This document shows, in pieces, positions 62,271 to 64,000 of a stretch of 64,000 nt of DNA. Below the pieces are notes generated by a model. The model saw nothing but the letters and a program-made list of their open reading frames with translations, did not search any database and had not been told where the DNA came from. Origin of the DNA: Plasmodiophora brassicae (taxonomy: Eukaryota); the NCBI GenBank assembly GCA_036867785.1, contig CP145411.1, positions 1,054,001-1,118,000 on the forward strand. The letters are read 5' to 3'. Numbering within the stretch: the stretch's first letter is position 1; every line of letters starts with the position of its first letter. The position numbers were made by a program, and so were the translations under genes.

Positions 62271-62605
62271 ATGTCGTACGTGCAAGGAGGTAGGGACAGG
62301 ATGATACCCTGGCGGGTGCGGCCCAGCGAGAGACTGAGTCATGGGGCAAAGGGCGGGTTGTCGAGCGTCGCACGATGTCCGTTGGGGAGCGGGTCCAGGC
62401 GGGATTCTGGGGCGTCGTCAACGGCGTCGGCCTCTTCTTCCGCACGCTGATCGATCCGGATGCGGTGCCGACGTCCGGGCCGGCTCCGTCCACTCCCGCA
62501 GGCGGCCATGCAGGCGCATCGGCGGCGTACGGCGGCGGCTCTGGCCTGGGCAGACCGATCGGCCGTATCGTCAACCAAGGCGGCTCGTGCTCATCCTGCG
62601 GATAG
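62271..62605 (+). CDS. SELENOK: Selenoprotein K-like protein, Cys form
   Basis: MSYVQG|GRVVERR...FWGVVNGVGLFFRTLI...G-rich...RPIGRI...CSSCG* aligns with SelK (MVYISNGQV...FWGIAEFVVLFFKTLL...RMGRI...GGUGR). Intron 62290-62351. Confidence 0.8.
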
Positions 62606-62825
62606 CCCGTATCGCGGGCGATGAACCAGCCCGAACATCGTGACAGTTCCCATCTGGTAAATACCCAGTCATACGCCGTGTGCGAATAGAGCTCTGGCGT
62701 CAACCTTCGGTCGTAACGACTTGTCGGCGCAACGTCAGTTGTCGCCCATCGAACGTGTGTGTGCGGGTTCGCTCAAAGGTTAGCACAACACAGGCCCGTT
62801 TGAGGCAGGGCTGCGCCCATCGTTG

Positions 62826-63531
62826 ATGAATCGATTGTTTGCGCGGGGCGGCGGCGTCATCGCGGCCGGGTGGCGCTTCCGGCACATGGCGGCGACGGCC
62901 GACCTGTGCGACAAGTTCGGCGACAGCGTCAAGGTCGTCGACGCCGCGCTCGCGTTTCGCAGCTTTGGGCAACGGAAGGCGTTCGGCGGGCCCAGTATGG
63001 CGCGCGTCTCGAGCGCATTGCTGTTTGCGAAGGGTCGTTAATCGCTTGCAGTTGCCACTGTGAAGTGCTTCGAGGATAACTCGGTGGTGAAGGCGGCCGT
63101 TACGTCGCCCGGGGATGGCAAGGTTCTCGTCGTCGACGGGGGCGGGTCGTCGCGTCGAGCACTGCTCGGAGACGATCTCGCAATGAACGCGTCCAAGAAG
63201 TTCGTCTGCCCACCGATGAGCACAATCCGTCGTCTAACAATATTGATAGCGGTTGGGCAGGCATCGTCATCAACGGTTATCTTCGCGATTCCGACATCAT
63301 CCAAGGCATCGACATCGGCGTGAAAGCGCTTGGCACAGTGCCACGCAAGACCGAGAAGCGGAACATCGGCGAACGTGACGTTACCGTCGAATTTGGTAAG
63401 TTCCGATCATGGCGAGCCTGACAGGAACGTCAGCTTACCGCTGGATAGGTGGGGCAAGGTTTATTCCCGGCCATTTCGTTTACTGCGACCCCGATGGCAT
63501 CGTCGTCAGCGACAAGCAGTTGTCGCTGTGA
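62826..63531 (+). CDS. RraA-like / HMG aldolase family protein
   Basis: [36 protein letters not shown] and [10 protein letters not shown]. Three introns. Possible N-terminal presequence. Confidence 0.92.
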
Positions 63532-64000
63532 ACCGTAACCATCGTGAAGGAATAAACGGGGCGGCATTAGCAATGACGGAGCAAACGTTGACCACTTGCG
63601 ATACGGATAAGGTAGGTGTATTTCGTTGAAGACTTCGGAATGAACAGTTATTACGTGAATCCAAGCGCGCATCCCGTCATCTTGCCCGGCCAAGACGCCG
63701 AACCAACGATATCAGGATGTCCCATTTGTCTCCTCCCTCGAACCACATCCTTATCAGGTCATGTTCTAACCACACACCTATCAGAGCACGCACGAAAATC
63801 GACATGTGATACTTCGTACCTGGAGGACAGTCTTCTGGAGTCGGTATACCTTCAGCAGGCACTGTACACTGTGTCAAACATGTACTAACGCGAAAGAAGA
63901 GAACCTCGTACCTCTGTTGAAAGTTACCCCAGCTTGGCCGAAGGCCGGTAGATCGACATGGCGGGGCGCCTCCTCTACCCTGGCGAAGGAAAGCGACGGC

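Noticed and set aside
63570-64000. C2H2-like fragment (CPIC...HLSEH) at the window end
   Set aside because: Too incomplete to call.

Overview
Gene-dense, GC-rich eukaryotic DNA, not prokaryotic. Most genes are split by short (about 50-65 nt) GT-AG introns, so the ORF track fragments them and I re-spliced them by eye. Intron size, centriole/flagellar genes (STIL, p25alpha) and a secreted CBM18 protein suggest a phytomyxid such as Plasmodiophora brassicae (inference only). About 30 genes are supported: a CKAP2/BUB1-TPR-like gene, UNC-45, SerRS, BTB-LRR, EI24, a p25alpha protein, FRA10AC1, TPI, CBM18, a J-less DnaJ-like gene, alpha-SNAP, MED9, acyl-CoA oxidase, ASF1, VPS13, PRA1, STIL, 1-Cys Prx, POP7, ZIP7, EH-LRR, PGAP1, SelK-like and RraA. 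A Harbinger transposase relic is also present. The most unusual structure is at 22.0-33.2 kb. A 1.1-kb direct duplication of the convergent alpha-SNAP/MED9 3' ends brackets a 3.0-kb cassette. The cassette holds a zinc-finger ORF, a ~650-bp inverted repeat and a trypsin-fold protease fragment with a Cys nucleophile (GICG). A second, more degraded inverted pair of the same gene family lies at 31.3-33.2 kb. Other highlights: a secreted protein with SILK-like and RVxF PP1-docking motifs, a p25alpha-3xC3H-p25alpha protein, a TPI ending in a PTS1-like SML, and a VPS13 with four C2 domains. Family calls come from remembered motifs; no searches were run.
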